From the NCBI GenBank assembly GCA_963727775.1, contig CAVSHB010000001.1, positions 704,001 to 768,000 of the forward strand: a stretch of 64,000 nt of DNA. The letters run 5' to 3'. Positions 1 through 10,458 of this stretch are shown here, piece by piece. The DNA is from an uncultured Nitrospiraceae bacterium. Its GTDB lineage: Bacteria > Nitrospirota > Thermodesulfovibrionia > Thermodesulfovibrionales > SM23-35. Numbering within the stretch: the first letter of the stretch is position 1; each line of letters starts with the position of its first letter. Made by a program: the position numbers and the translations under genes. The notes under the pieces are model-generated. The model made no database searches and was not told the DNA's origin. It saw only the letters and a program-made list of their open reading frames with translations.

Positions 1-114
1 CAACTCGGGATAGAAAGATGGTACAATCTTATGTGCGGAAAAAGTTACGAATTATCAGGGCCAGTAGTAAACACGCATCTTTCAGTTTTTAGTCAGTTTT
101 GTAAGGGAGTATAA

Positions 115-1785
115 ATGAATAATATTTACTCGCCACACCAAAATCTGTCAACATCCAGACTGCGTACATTTGCCGCATTTTCCGTATTGCTGGCATTGCT
201 TTGTTGCGCCCGCGAAGGTACTGGAGGAGAAAACGCCTTGCTCCAAAATAGTGATGCCCATCGTATTGATCAAAGCGCAACTGTACCCCGAGATTTTTTA
301 TTTGACGGTGACGTTAAGGAATGGCAAGGTACAACTCCAACGTTCGCTCTCTCTAAATATCAGTCTCTCGGGCGGGAGGGAAATATCTGGATCGGACAAA
401 CCGAACAAGGGCTCATTATCTCGGGAAAGATTCGGGGCGATAAGCCGCGCTGGCCCAAAGCGCCGGATAAAATGGCGGTGAGTGACCATGTCGAAGTCTG
501 GCTATCGGACGCGAACGAATTGGAGCTTCCACCGATCGGGTGGGGAAATCAGTTTGGTAATGAACTACTGACAGCGGAAACAGATTGTAACCGCTTCCAA
601 TCCGAGGACACGCGCAAGTCGAACAAAGATGCTGTCAAGGAATGCACATCTTGGTATAAAGCACAGCTCAAATACCGAAAATCCTTCAACAAGCTCTTCG
701 TCCGCCAGTGGCAAATTGCACCCGGGTTGGCAGTAGAAACGTACTCTTCCCCTGCCTTTCTTTCTTTTGATCAGGCCATCCAAAAAAAGCTTCGTTTGCT
801 GAAACCGTCTGGATCGCCAGACGTCAAAATACGGGAAGCTACCGGCAAGGATCATGCGTACAGTTTTGAAATAGTGATACCATGGAACGCATTCCCCCCG
901 CTGAAACCACTGCAGCTCAAGAATATCAGAATCATGGTAGACATATTCAGCCCCGGTCCTGGAAAACGCAAGTACGGTGCCTTTTCGTCGACGTCTCCCA
1001 ACCGGAAATACGGCGTGGTTCAAACATTCAATACACTTACGCTGAAACCGAGAGACTATTACCTGACCCCGTGCAAATACGATCTTCCGAACTCTGATCC
1101 CATTATATCGCTTGATCCGTCAGTTCGATACTTATCTGCTTCCGAAGCAGCACAATTATATTTTTTACCTGCTGAGGACTTGGACCTGCGCACGCTTCTT
1201 CTTCTGGACAATGAGGTGCAGGGTTACCAGTACAATGTGGACCCGAAAAGCAATTCTCCCATCGTCCATCCCGTAAACTTTTTTACCCTGCAGATAGCTC
1301 CACAAGAACTGATATGTGGACCTCGATTGGCATACGTACAGAACGGCACGGTCTACAAATGGGAGAATTTTGTTTTTGACTCTCAGAAGTTCTTTGAAGC
1401 GAGAAAGCTCAGCGATGGTTCGATTCTCATCAAGGAGGGACCGCGGGTTTTCTTTTCCTACTATGGTTCGGGGCAATGTGGCGCTTGCCCGCGTGTGCTG
1501 CTCAATATTATTCATATCGATACACGGAATAAAATAGCGTCCAAAGCTTACGTGTATGAAGGAATGACCCAAACTCAAATCAGCGATATTGACATCCATG
1601 TTCCCGATGATTGGAAGACGGTAACAATATTTGAGGAACACGTTGATAGAGGGAATGGCGGTGAAAATCGCCCGTGGTCAAAAAGCGACTATTGTCTTGA
1701 TCTGACAGCCGGAGAATACAACGCGTGCGGGAATCAAGACCTCTCGCTACCTCCTGCTCCACGGGTTCTGGAGCCTGAAAAATGA
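115..1785 (+). CDS. Secreted or lipoprotein-like hypothetical protein, possible CBM9/DOMON-like N-terminal domain
   Basis: 556-aa ORF with hydrophobic N-terminus ending LLCC; 'FDGDVKEW', 'DHVEVW' and 'YSFEIVIPW' resemble CBM9-like motifs; start uncertain. Confidence 0.6.
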   Translation: MNNIYSPHQNLSTSRLRTFAAFSVLLALLCCAREGTGGENALLQNSDAHRIDQSATVPRDFLFDGDVKEWQGTTPTFALSKYQSLGREGNIWIGQTEQGLIISGKIRGDKPRWPKAPDKMAVSDHVEVWLSDANELELPPIGWGNQFGNELLTAETDCNRFQSEDTRKSNKDAVKECTSWYKAQLKYRKSFNKLFVRQWQIAPGLAVETYSSPAFLSFDQAIQKKLRLLKPSGSPDVKIREATGKDHAYSFEIVIPWNAFPPLKPLQLKNIRIMVDIFSPGPGKRKYGAFSSTSPNRKYGVVQTFNTLTLKPRDYYLTPCKYDLPNSDPIISLDPSVRYLSASEAAQLYFLPAEDLDLRTLLLLDNEVQGYQYNVDPKSNSPIVHPVNFFTLQIAPQELICGPRLAYVQNGTVYKWENFVFDSQKFFEARKLSDGSILIKEGPRVFFSYYGSGQCGACPRVLLNIIHIDTRNKIASKAYVYEGMTQTQISDIDIHVPDDWKTVTIFEEHVDRGNGGENRPWSKSDYCLDLTAGEYNACGNQDLSLPPAPRVLEPEK

Positions 1786-1997
1786 AAAAGAGATTATAGA
1801 AGATAACCCGCAACAACAACGGCTTTAATCATTAATTGCCATTTATACTCCACACAATTATATCACGGTCTGTAGGTGTTGGCTTCAGGAAGAAAATGAA
1901 AAACAGATTTCCACCGTTTCTTTTGGTAATTGGGATATATTATCCTCACGGAATTTTAAGAACGCCTGTCCTAAGTGGGTACCCTAAACATATTATA

Positions 1998-2666
1998 TTA
2001 TTCTGAAAATATTCTTAATTTTTCCGGATCAGTGATAACGATTGTGTTATCTTTCTCGCTGATAAGTTTTTGCTGTTTGAGAAATGCCAGTGCCCTCGAC
2101 AGGGTTTCCGGGATTGTTCCAAGAAGTGAGGCAAGCTCTTTTTTCGAATATTTGAGCCTGCAAACCATATTATTATTTTCAACGGTGCCGTTTTCTATCA
2201 GATAGCCTGCAAGCCTTGCTTTAATATCTTTCAGAGATAATTCTTCAATTTTCGCAACAAATTGTCGTAACCTTTTTGAATAACCGCTCATCATCTTCAA
2301 TGACAGTTCAGGATGTTCTTTGATGAGATTGATAATTCCTTCCCGGGAAATACGCACCAATACCGTGTCTTCGAGAGCGGCGCAGGACGCGGGATAAACC
2401 ATGGAATCGAATATGGCAGCCTCTGCCACAAGGTCTCCGGGGCTGTGGATATGTAAGGTATGCTCCTTGCCGTCGGCGGAGATTTTATATATCTTGATCT
2501 TGCCTGTGACGACGATAAAAAATGCTGAGGCGTCGCGACCCTCTGAAAATATCTCTTCTCCTTTTTGGACGGATTTCAGGGAGGCCGATGTTAAGAGCAG
2601 GCCGATTTCATTGCCGGTGAATGAATGAAACAGAAATGTATTAGAAAGGAATGTGCGAATATCCAT
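1998..2666 (-). CDS. Crp/Fnr family transcriptional regulator
   Basis: cNMP-binding-like region (GEEIFSEG...GKIKIYK) and HTH 'ELASLLGTIPETLSRAL'; start moved to MDIRTFL because the longer ORF overlaps the divergent gene. Confidence 0.9.
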   Translation of the reverse strand: MDIRTFLSNTFLFHSFTGNEIGLLLTSASLKSVQKGEEIFSEGRDASAFFIVVTGKIKIYKISADGKEHTLHIHSPGDLVAEAAIFDSMVYPASCAALEDTVLVRISREGIINLIKEHPELSLKMMSGYSKRLRQFVAKIEELSLKDIKARLAGYLIENGTVENNNMVCRLKYSKKELASLLGTIPETLSRALAFLKQQKLISEKDNTIVITDPEKLRIFSE

Positions 2667-2733
2667 ATTGATCCATTTTATATTATTTCGATTATAATCA
2701 AAAGGCAAAGGAACTTCATTAAGTACAGCTACC

Positions 2734-3375
2734 ATGAAAAATAGAAAGGTATCAATACGCCTTCGCTTTCCGGAAGAGGAGAAGCATCTTCCGTGGCTCC
2801 CCTTATTATTGGACGCTTTTGCCATCATTGACAAAGGCGTCTCCATAGCCATAAAGGAACATGAAAAGAAATTAAAAACTAAGCTTGCCTGCACAAAAGG
2901 TTGTGGATCCTGCTGTCGCACTCATAGTGATATCCCACTTTACCCATTGGAAACGGTCGGAATTTACTGGTATACCATCGAAAAGTTGGGCCAACCCCTG
3001 CGCGAAATCTTAAAAAAACAACTTATGGAACACCGGAAAGGCCACCCCTGTCCTTTTCAAGTTGACAACGCCTGCTCTATTCATCCTTTCCGTCCCATAG
3101 CGTGCAGACAGTTCAATGTCTTTGCTGCGCCGTGCGCAGAAGGCGAAGACCCATACTATACGCGAAGGGAAGATGTCCTGACCCCGATTGAAAAATACGC
3201 TCACCAGGCGATTATGGTGATGCTCCCGTTTTATGACATCACTGATGAAGCAGCTAAAAGGCATGCTGTCAAAAGCGGTTTCATACACACACAAGTCCGC
3301 GTGCTTCCTGCTTGCGATTGGAAGGCACTGGCAATTAGGATGAACGAGTTCGACCTCTCCAAACAGCAGGGATGA
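2734..3375 (+). CDS. YkgJ family cysteine-cluster (CxxCxxCC) protein
   Basis: CTKGCGSCC, CPF, CSIHPFRPIACR motifs. Confidence 0.85.
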   Translation: MKNRKVSIRLRFPEEEKHLPWLPLLLDAFAIIDKGVSIAIKEHEKKLKTKLACTKGCGSCCRTHSDIPLYPLETVGIYWYTIEKLGQPLREILKKQLMEHRKGHPCPFQVDNACSIHPFRPIACRQFNVFAAPCAEGEDPYYTRREDVLTPIEKYAHQAIMVMLPFYDITDEAAKRHAVKSGFIHTQVRVLPACDWKALAIRMNEFDLSKQQG

Positions 3376-3417
3376 AAATAGAAAAAGGGACGAAAGAAAT
3401 CTAATTGCAGTTTTGGG

Positions 3418-5346
3418 TTAAATCGATATAGGATCAACGTCGACTTTGATTTTCACATCTTTTGAGGCTTTGAATGCTTTAGTAATGTTACGGGCGGCAG
3501 CATGCAGCAACCCGCGAACAGAAGATTTCAGAAGGACCTTGAATTCATTTTCTCCTTTGGTGTTTTTTGAAACGAACGGCCCAATTATTTCAACCTCGTT
3601 ATAAGTTGTTTTTATGATCCCGGACAGTTCTGTCAGCAGGTCCCTCCTGCTTGAAAATTTAATCAGTAAAAGCCTTGAAAACGGCGGATAGCAGAGCATC
3701 TTCCGACGGCCCAGTTCTTCATTAAAAAATGAAAGGTGATCATAATTTTTCAGGCATTGGAAAAGATAGTTTTGCGGCATTCTCGTCTGTATAAAGATAT
3801 CCCCCCCGGGTTCGATCGCATCTGTAATCGAAAGGATTTCCTGATATGCCTTCTCAGCAGACCTGAAATCAGGGATATTGAGCAATAGGTCTGTATTTAA
3901 GACAGCTGCCATTGAAAAACCCTTGGCAGCACCCAGTCTATGCGTCATAAGTTTTGTGCCGATGAATATCCTGTTATCATCCAAAAACATTGTCCCGACG
4001 AGCCGTTCTATCTCGGATTTTTTCTTTGCCCTGTCACTGTCAAGCCTGAGAGTTTTTATTCCCATGAGTTTCTCAAGGTCTTCCTGCACCCTCTGTGTTC
4101 CCGCTCCTATCAGTTTCAGATTATAGCCGGAACATTTGCTGCAATGCTCAGGAACCTTAGGCAGAGTGTGTCCGCAGTAATGACACTTCATCGACATGTC
4201 CTGTTTATGAAAGACCAAGGGGATCCTGCAAGCAGGACATTCTTCAACATGACTGCAGTCCATGCATTGAAGCGTCGAGTGCCCTCTTCTGTTTACGACA
4301 AACATGACCTTTTTATCGTTCCTGACATGCCTTTGCGCTGCATCGAAGACCTTCTTTGAAAGGTAAGGTCTGAGGCGGTTTTCATATCTCATGTCGATGA
4401 TTTTTACTTTAGGTTTTTTCGCGTCAACTGACGGGGCCAGTAAGGTGTATTTGCCTATTTTGCTGTTATAGGCAGACTCGATGGAGGGACATATGGATGA
4501 CAGGAGCACTGTCGCTTTTTCAATATATCCTCTCATTACTGCGACATCCCTGCCGTTATAGCAGATCCCCCCTTCCTGTTTGTATGAACCGCTGTGTTCA
4601 TGCAGTACGGCGATTAGTGCCACTCTCTTCATCGGCGCAAAAACAGCGGACCGCGTGCCGACTATAATATCGGAAACGCCGGAGGTTATCCTGTCTATCG
4701 CCTCAGACCTTTGCCCCCTGCTCAGATCGCCATGGAAAACGCAGACCCTTTCACCGAACTTCCCGGCCAAAAACGCGTAAAAATTATTGACGCCGGCGAC
4801 CTCCGGAATGAGAATGAGTACGTTTTTAGTCCCGCTAAGTATATGCGTCATAAACGAGTATTCATAGAAGACAGAGGGTGCGTGAAGAAGAAATGACCTG
4901 TATGTTTTATTTCTTATGGTTTCTATAATTTCATCTGACTTATCTTTATCATTATGAGTAATATCCCGGATATAGTCGAATCGGTTGTCCCCATGAAGTA
5001 CAGGACGGGCGGGTTTTCCCCTCCGTTTTACCTTTGTAAATGCCTCTTTGGGAAGCATATTCTTGAGGACGAGGCCATATTCGGCGAGATAGTATCCCGA
5101 CATCCATTTGAGGAGGCTCATCATCTTACTGCTCAATACAGGGGTATTACCATGAACTTCCTGAATGTCCTTTATTTTCCCGGACGGTATTCGCGTGGAT
5201 ATTCCAAAAACGACGCCCTTCGTGGTTTTGCTTCTTAAGGGCGCGCTGACAAGCATGCCCGGCCTTACGGACTCCACATATGGTTCAGGGCATCGATAGG
5301 TTAGAGGGCCGATGTTTACGGGAAAGATGACATCAAGAAAATCCAT
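3418..5346 (-). CDS. priA: Primosomal protein N'
   Basis: VGTRSAVFAP, NRRG, four CxxC Zn-finger pairs, GAGTQRV, PDFRSAE, IQT, YPPFSR, VDVDP. Confidence 0.92.
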   Translation of the reverse strand: MDFLDVIFPVNIGPLTYRCPEPYVESVRPGMLVSAPLRSKTTKGVVFGISTRIPSGKIKDIQEVHGNTPVLSSKMMSLLKWMSGYYLAEYGLVLKNMLPKEAFTKVKRRGKPARPVLHGDNRFDYIRDITHNDKDKSDEIIETIRNKTYRSFLLHAPSVFYEYSFMTHILSGTKNVLILIPEVAGVNNFYAFLAGKFGERVCVFHGDLSRGQRSEAIDRITSGVSDIIVGTRSAVFAPMKRVALIAVLHEHSGSYKQEGGICYNGRDVAVMRGYIEKATVLLSSICPSIESAYNSKIGKYTLLAPSVDAKKPKVKIIDMRYENRLRPYLSKKVFDAAQRHVRNDKKVMFVVNRRGHSTLQCMDCSHVEECPACRIPLVFHKQDMSMKCHYCGHTLPKVPEHCSKCSGYNLKLIGAGTQRVQEDLEKLMGIKTLRLDSDRAKKKSEIERLVGTMFLDDNRIFIGTKLMTHRLGAAKGFSMAAVLNTDLLLNIPDFRSAEKAYQEILSITDAIEPGGDIFIQTRMPQNYLFQCLKNYDHLSFFNEELGRRKMLCYPPFSRLLLIKFSSRRDLLTELSGIIKTTYNEVEIIGPFVSKNTKGENEFKVLLKSSVRGLLHAAARNITKAFKASKDVKIKVDVDPISI

Positions 5347-5398
5347 ATAAAATTTTATCACATTGTTCTCAATCTTATCTTTGTGTCATAATTTGGAT

Positions 5399-7111
5399 AT
5401 GCTGCTCAGAATATTGTCGCTGCTTATCATGACTGCTATAACAGTCTCATGCGCTACCTCAGAGGTAAGGGTGCGGGAGGAAAGGCCTTTGCCCCCAAAG
5501 GATTCCTACTACATGTTTATGCTCGGATACAATGCAGAAAAAGAGGGGAAGTGGGAAATTGCTGTTCAGCACTATAAGAAAGCTCTTGAGCTGGACCCTT
5601 CATCTGCTTACCTTAAAACGCAGATCAGTTATATGCTCCTCAGGAGCGGGAAGGTATCTGATGCAATATCTCTTGCCGAAGAGATCATTAAGACCGACCC
5701 GGACTATATACCGGCACTCACGCTTTTGGGCGAGCTCTACAACAGTCAGAAAAGGGCTGAACAGGCCATAAAAGTATACAGGAAAATTCTTCAGATACAG
5801 CCTGATAACCAGGATGCATCCCTGTTCCTCAGTCTTATTTATGCTTCCATGAAGGAATATGATAAAGCCATATCCATTCTCGATAATATCATTAAGTCCC
5901 ATCCTGATAATATAATGGGCATTTATTATATGGGTTCGATTTATATGGATAAGGGGGACCTTCAAAAGGCCTCGGAGTATTTTGAGAAGGTAATAACGCA
6001 GAGACCCGGCTTTGACACTGCGTATCTTAATTTGGGGCTGATCAACGAGATACAAGACAAATTGACAAAAGCTGAGGAATTTTATAATAAGGCGCTTGCC
6101 ATAAATCCCAACAATATCCAGGCCAGAGAAAGACTTGCAAAAATTTATTTCAAACAAAAAGCGACTGAAAAAGCAATCGATCAGTATAAAGAGATCAGCT
6201 CACAGGTCCCTGTAAATATTGAAGTGCATATAAATCTCGGCATGCTCTATTTTGAAGATATGCAATATGATAAGGCGATTGAGGAATTCAGGATTGTCCT
6301 TGAATCAAGGCCTAACAATACCTCGATAAGATATTACCTTGCTCTGGCGCTTGGAGAGATTGATAGAAACGAAGAGGCCATAGCGGAGTTAAAAAAGATA
6401 ATCCTGCAGGAACCAAAAAATCTGAGCGCGTTCCTTTTTTTAGGGGTCTTATACTCTAAGCTTGACCGGGAAGATGAAGCAATTTCCGTTTATGAAGAAA
6501 TACTGAGTTTCGAAAAGGAGAAAGCCGAGGTTTATCTATATCTTGCCGTAACATACCTCCACAAAAAAGACTATGGCAAGGCAGAGGCTGTATTGAAAGA
6601 CGCACTCAGCCGGTTTAAGGACAATGACGAATTGAATTTTAATCTCGCCGTAGTATTTGAAAAAACAGGCAGATTTGATGAGATGGTAAAGTATCTGGAA
6701 AAAGTGATCGAGCTCAATCCCCAGCATGCTGATGCGCTCAATTATTTAGGGTACAGTTACGCTGAAAAAGGTATTCATATCGAAGAAGCATTGTCGCTCA
6801 TTCAGAGGGCTGCCGCCCTTAAGCCTGATAACGGCTATATTATGGACAGCCTCGGATGGGTTTATTTTAAATCGGGGAAATACGATAAAGCGCTGAAGGT
6901 TTTATTGAACGCAGTCGAGATAGTAAAGGATGATCCTGTCTTATTGGAACATCTGGGGGATGTCTATAATGCTATGGGGATTAAAGATAAGGCCGGAGAA
7001 TATTGGAAAAAGGCGCTTGAGTTTCATAAGGAAAGCGATGAAGAAGGATTCAAAGAGAGAGTCGGAAAGAAAATAAAAGAACTCGGACACGGTGATAGGG
7101 AGACACGGTGA
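5399..7111 (+). CDS. Tetratricopeptide-repeat lipoprotein
   Basis: Lipobox-like 'TVSC', many TPR repeats, C-terminal 'ALNYLGYSYA...DSLGWVYF...EHLGDVY'. Confidence 0.88.
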   Translation: MLLRILSLLIMTAITVSCATSEVRVREERPLPPKDSYYMFMLGYNAEKEGKWEIAVQHYKKALELDPSSAYLKTQISYMLLRSGKVSDAISLAEEIIKTDPDYIPALTLLGELYNSQKRAEQAIKVYRKILQIQPDNQDASLFLSLIYASMKEYDKAISILDNIIKSHPDNIMGIYYMGSIYMDKGDLQKASEYFEKVITQRPGFDTAYLNLGLINEIQDKLTKAEEFYNKALAINPNNIQARERLAKIYFKQKATEKAIDQYKEISSQVPVNIEVHINLGMLYFEDMQYDKAIEEFRIVLESRPNNTSIRYYLALALGEIDRNEEAIAELKKIILQEPKNLSAFLFLGVLYSKLDREDEAISVYEEILSFEKEKAEVYLYLAVTYLHKKDYGKAEAVLKDALSRFKDNDELNFNLAVVFEKTGRFDEMVKYLEKVIELNPQHADALNYLGYSYAEKGIHIEEALSLIQRAAALKPDNGYIMDSLGWVYFKSGKYDKALKVLLNAVEIVKDDPVLLEHLGDVYNAMGIKDKAGEYWKKALEFHKESDEEGFKERVGKKIKELGHGDRETR

Positions 7112-8025
7112 CCCTGCGAGTTTCCTCTCCGAGTCCCTGTATCCCATGGTCTCCGAATCAAGGTTTCTCCCTAAGGGCCCCTGCAAAAATTAACTGGTTT
7201 CTTCAAATCCCGGGGCAAAGAGATGACGGTTACCACGATATTATAAGCCTCATGCAGTGTGTCGACCTGTATGATGACCTCGAATTTGAACATGCTGATT
7301 CTTTAACGGTGGTGTGTAATAACCCTGATATACCATTAAGCGATAACACCGTGTTTAAAGCTGCGTCTTTGCTCAGGAAATATACTTCGTACAGCGGTGG
7401 CGCCAGAGTAGTCTTACAGAAGAATATCCCGGTTAGCGCGGGTCTCGGAGGCGGCAGCAGTGACGCGGCTTATACTCTTTTAGGTCTTAACCTGTTATGG
7501 GGACTCGGCCTAAACAAAAAAAAATTAAGCTCTATAGCTATTGAAATAGGCTCGGATGTCCCTTTTTTTTTGAACGGACCGGCTGCCTTAGTTGAGGGCA
7601 AGGGCGAAAAGGTAAAGTCATTTAAAGTAAAAGGTTCTGTCGTTTTGCTTCTCGTAAAACCCCGGGTATCAGTTTCAACTGCGTGGGCCTACGCAGCTTT
7701 CGATGACCTGTATGCCGCCGAGTTGACAAAAAAAACGATTGATATTAAACTGTTTTGTCAGGCTCTGAACAGGAAGGATTTCGCCGTTCTCGGAAATGTG
7801 CTCACAAATGACCTTGAAGAGGCGGTCACTGAAAGATATCCGGTTGTAGGGAAGATTAAGCGTCGGCTGATTGAGATGGGCGCGTTGATTTCTGCGATGA
7901 GCGGCAGCGGGCCTACCGTTTTTGGTGTTTTTGACAGCAAGAATAGGGCAGAGAAGGCTGCTGAGGCAATGTACCTTTATTTGTGCCGCGTAGTTGAGAC
8001 CCTGGCAACAGTGAATAGCAAATAA
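7108..8025 (+). CDS. ispE: 4-diphosphocytidyl-2-C-methyl-D-erythritol kinase
   Basis: APAKIN, DGYH, KNIPVSAGLGGGSSDAA, GSDVPFF, MSGSG; start uncertain. Confidence 0.95.
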   Translation: MTLRVSSPSPCIPWSPNQGFSLRAPAKINWFLQIPGQRDDGYHDIISLMQCVDLYDDLEFEHADSLTVVCNNPDIPLSDNTVFKAASLLRKYTSYSGGARVVLQKNIPVSAGLGGGSSDAAYTLLGLNLLWGLGLNKKKLSSIAIEIGSDVPFFLNGPAALVEGKGEKVKSFKVKGSVVLLLVKPRVSVSTAWAYAAFDDLYAAELTKKTIDIKLFCQALNRKDFAVLGNVLTNDLEEAVTERYPVVGKIKRRLIEMGALISAMSGSGPTVFGVFDSKNRAEKAAEAMYLYLCRVVETLATVNSK

Positions 8026-8094
8026 CAGACGGTAACCAGTAGAGGGTATACAACGATTCTTAGTATATTCCCTGTTTGCTGTCTGCTGTCATGG

Positions 8095-8169
8095 TGGGGC
8101 GTCGACAAACGGCAAGTCAGGAGCCTTTGGAGCTCCCATCTGGAGGTTCGAATCCTCCCGCCCCAGCCA
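8095..8169 (+). tRNA. tRNA-Gln (TTG)
   Basis: Cloverleaf with anticodon loop CTTTGGA, GGTTCGAATCC T-arm and CCA end; usual position between ispE and prs. Confidence 0.95.
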
Positions 8170-8229
8170 GGAAAGCTGATAGGAGAGCAAAGATATATAT
8201 ATTGAGTATCAATTTGATGAGGAGGAAAA

Positions 8230-9174
8230 ATGCCTGAGGGGATTAAACTCTTTACCGGTAGCGCGCATACTGAGCTTGCAAAAGAAATTGCCGATTATAT
8301 GGACATGCCGGTCGGGGATGCAGTCGTAACGGAATTTAGTGACGGTGAAATTGCGGTACAGATAAACGAGAATGTTAGAGGTACGGATGTGTTTGTTCTG
8401 CAACCTACCTGCATGCCGGTTAACCGTCATATTATGGAACTCCTTTTGATGGTGGATGCGCTGAAGAGGTCGTCCGCAAGGAGAATAACAGCCGTTATCC
8501 CTTACTATGGCTATGCAAGACAGGACAGGAAGGTCCAGCCGAGGGTGCCGATATCGGCAAAGCTTGTTGCGGATTTGATAACCGCGGCAGGAACAAACAG
8601 GGTACTGACGATGGACTTGCACGCGGCCCAGATTCAGGGGTTTTTCAATATCCCCGTTGACAACCTGTATGCATCGCCTGTATTGCTGGATTATGTCCTG
8701 AAAAAATATGACTTTCATAACCTTGTTATCGTATCCCCTGATGCCGGCGGTGTTGAAAGGGCGAGGTCTTTCGCAAAAAAACTCGACTGTTCCATCGCTA
8801 TAATTGATAAAAGACGCGAGGTGGCCAATATCTCACAAATAATGAATGTTATCGGTGACGTCGAAAAAAAGGACACTATTATTCTTGATGATATGGTCGA
8901 TACCGGCGGGACAACAATACAGGCCGCCGCTGCTTTAAAGGAGAAAGGAGCAAGGCGTGTTCTTGCAGCGTGTACTCATGCCGTCCTTTCAGGTAATGCA
9001 ATCGAAAAGGTGAACGGCTCTGTGTTGGAAGAGTTGATTGTTACAAACACAATATCAATGGACAGCAAAAAAGAAAAGTGTAAAAAACTCACGGTTTTGA
9101 GCATAGCGTCTCTCATTGGAGAGGCGATCAAAAGGATTCATGAAGAATCTTCAATAAGTTCGCTTTTTGCATAA
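8230..9174 (+). CDS. prs: Ribose-phosphate pyrophosphokinase
   Basis: FSDGE, PYYGYARQDRK, VSPDAGG, DDMVDTGGT. Confidence 0.97.
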   Translation: MPEGIKLFTGSAHTELAKEIADYMDMPVGDAVVTEFSDGEIAVQINENVRGTDVFVLQPTCMPVNRHIMELLLMVDALKRSSARRITAVIPYYGYARQDRKVQPRVPISAKLVADLITAAGTNRVLTMDLHAAQIQGFFNIPVDNLYASPVLLDYVLKKYDFHNLVIVSPDAGGVERARSFAKKLDCSIAIIDKRREVANISQIMNVIGDVEKKDTIILDDMVDTGGTTIQAAAALKEKGARRVLAACTHAVLSGNAIEKVNGSVLEELIVTNTISMDSKKEKCKKLTVLSIASLIGEAIKRIHEESSISSLFA

Positions 9175-9184
9175 AGGAGGATAA

Positions 9185-9850
9185 ATGGAAAGGATAACCA
9201 TTAACGTTACTAAGAGAGAAGAGACCGGAAAAGGGGCAGCGCGCTCACTCCGCAGAAAGGAGATGATTCCCGCAATTCTCTATAGGGGTGGCGGATCAGT
9301 ATCGCTAAAAATTCCCAAGAAAGAACTTACTCAGTTCATCAATACGACCTCAGGTGAACAGGTTATGGTAAATCTTCAGTTCCAGGACGGCGAAAACAAG
9401 ATTGCCCTTATGAAGGAATTCCAGGTTGACCCGACAAGAAGGGAATTGATCCATGCGGATTTCTTTGAAGTTTTACTGACTGAAAAGATAAAGGTACATG
9501 TGCATATAAGCACCGTCGGAGAGCCTATCGGCGTGAAGAGGGACGCGGGTATCCTGCAGAATCTCCTCAGGGAGATTGAAATAGAATGCCTGCCGGATAA
9601 GATCCCCGGTCATGTTAAAATAGACATCTCAGGGCTGGAGATCGGTCAATCACTCCATGTAAGAGATCTGCAGCTCGGAGAAGACATAAAAGTCCTTAGC
9701 GACCCTGAAGGAGTGATAGTGAATATAATCGCGCCGTTGGTTGAAGAAGCCGCGCCTGCTGCTGAGGTTGCTGCGCCTGAGGCGGCAGAGCCCGAGGTAT
9801 TGAAGAAAGGCAAGAAGGAAGAGGAGAAAGCAGAGGAAGAGAAAAAATAG
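9185..9850 (+). CDS. rplY: 50S ribosomal protein L25/Ctc
   Basis: GKGAARSLRR, IPAILY, IHADF, acidic tail; between prs and pth. Confidence 0.96.
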   Translation: MERITINVTKREETGKGAARSLRRKEMIPAILYRGGGSVSLKIPKKELTQFINTTSGEQVMVNLQFQDGENKIALMKEFQVDPTRRELIHADFFEVLLTEKIKVHVHISTVGEPIGVKRDAGILQNLLREIEIECLPDKIPGHVKIDISGLEIGQSLHVRDLQLGEDIKVLSDPEGVIVNIIAPLVEEAAPAAEVAAPEAAEPEVLKKGKKEEEKAEEEKK

Positions 9851-9900
9851 TTATTTGTTTTCACCTGTAGATTATTTACTGTTAACTTATAACTTTTCAA

Positions 9901-10458
9901 ATGATCATGTGGCTTATCGCAGGCCTCGGAAATCCGGGGAGAAAATATTCCAGAACCAGACACAATGTCGGTTTCATGGCTGTAGAAGAAGTTGCCGGCA
10001 GGCATAAGATAGATTTAAAAGACAGAGACATGCATAAAATTGGAAGGGGTTCTATTGAAGGACGCGATGTCCTCCTTATAGAGCCCCTTCTTTATATGAA
10101 CAAAAGCGGCACTGTCATTCAATATTTATTCAAGAAATACACTATCCATCCTGAAAATCTTATTGTCATCCACGACGACCTTGATATGGATACTGGGAAA
10201 CTGAGAATCAGGAAAACGGGTTCGGCGGGCGGGCATAAAGGGGTCGAATCAATTATACAGAGCCTAGGTACCAGGGATTTCATACGGGTTAAGATCGGAA
10301 TTGGCAGAGAAGGAGGAATCCCGGCAGAGGAGTATGTCCTGAATAAATTCAGCAGGCAGGAAATTACAATTGTTAAAGATGCGGTGCAAAATGCAGCTGA
10401 TGCGATTTCTGTTGTCGTTTCGGCGGGAGTAGATAAGGCGATGAATAGGTTCAACTAA
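9901..10458 (+). CDS. pth: Peptidyl-tRNA hydrolase
   Basis: GLGNPG, TRHNVGF, YMNKSG, HDDLD, GGHKG. Confidence 0.96.
   Translation: MIMWLIAGLGNPGRKYSRTRHNVGFMAVEEVAGRHKIDLKDRDMHKIGRGSIEGRDVLLIEPLLYMNKSGTVIQYLFKKYTIHPENLIVIHDDLDMDTGKLRIRKTGSAGGHKGVESIIQSLGTRDFIRVKIGIGREGGIPAEEYVLNKFSRQEITIVKDAVQNAADAISVVVSAGVDKAMNRFN

Noticed and set aside
1786..1890. attC site after the first ORF
   Set aside because: AGATAAC and GTTGGC core-like words are present, but I could not build a convincing paired stem
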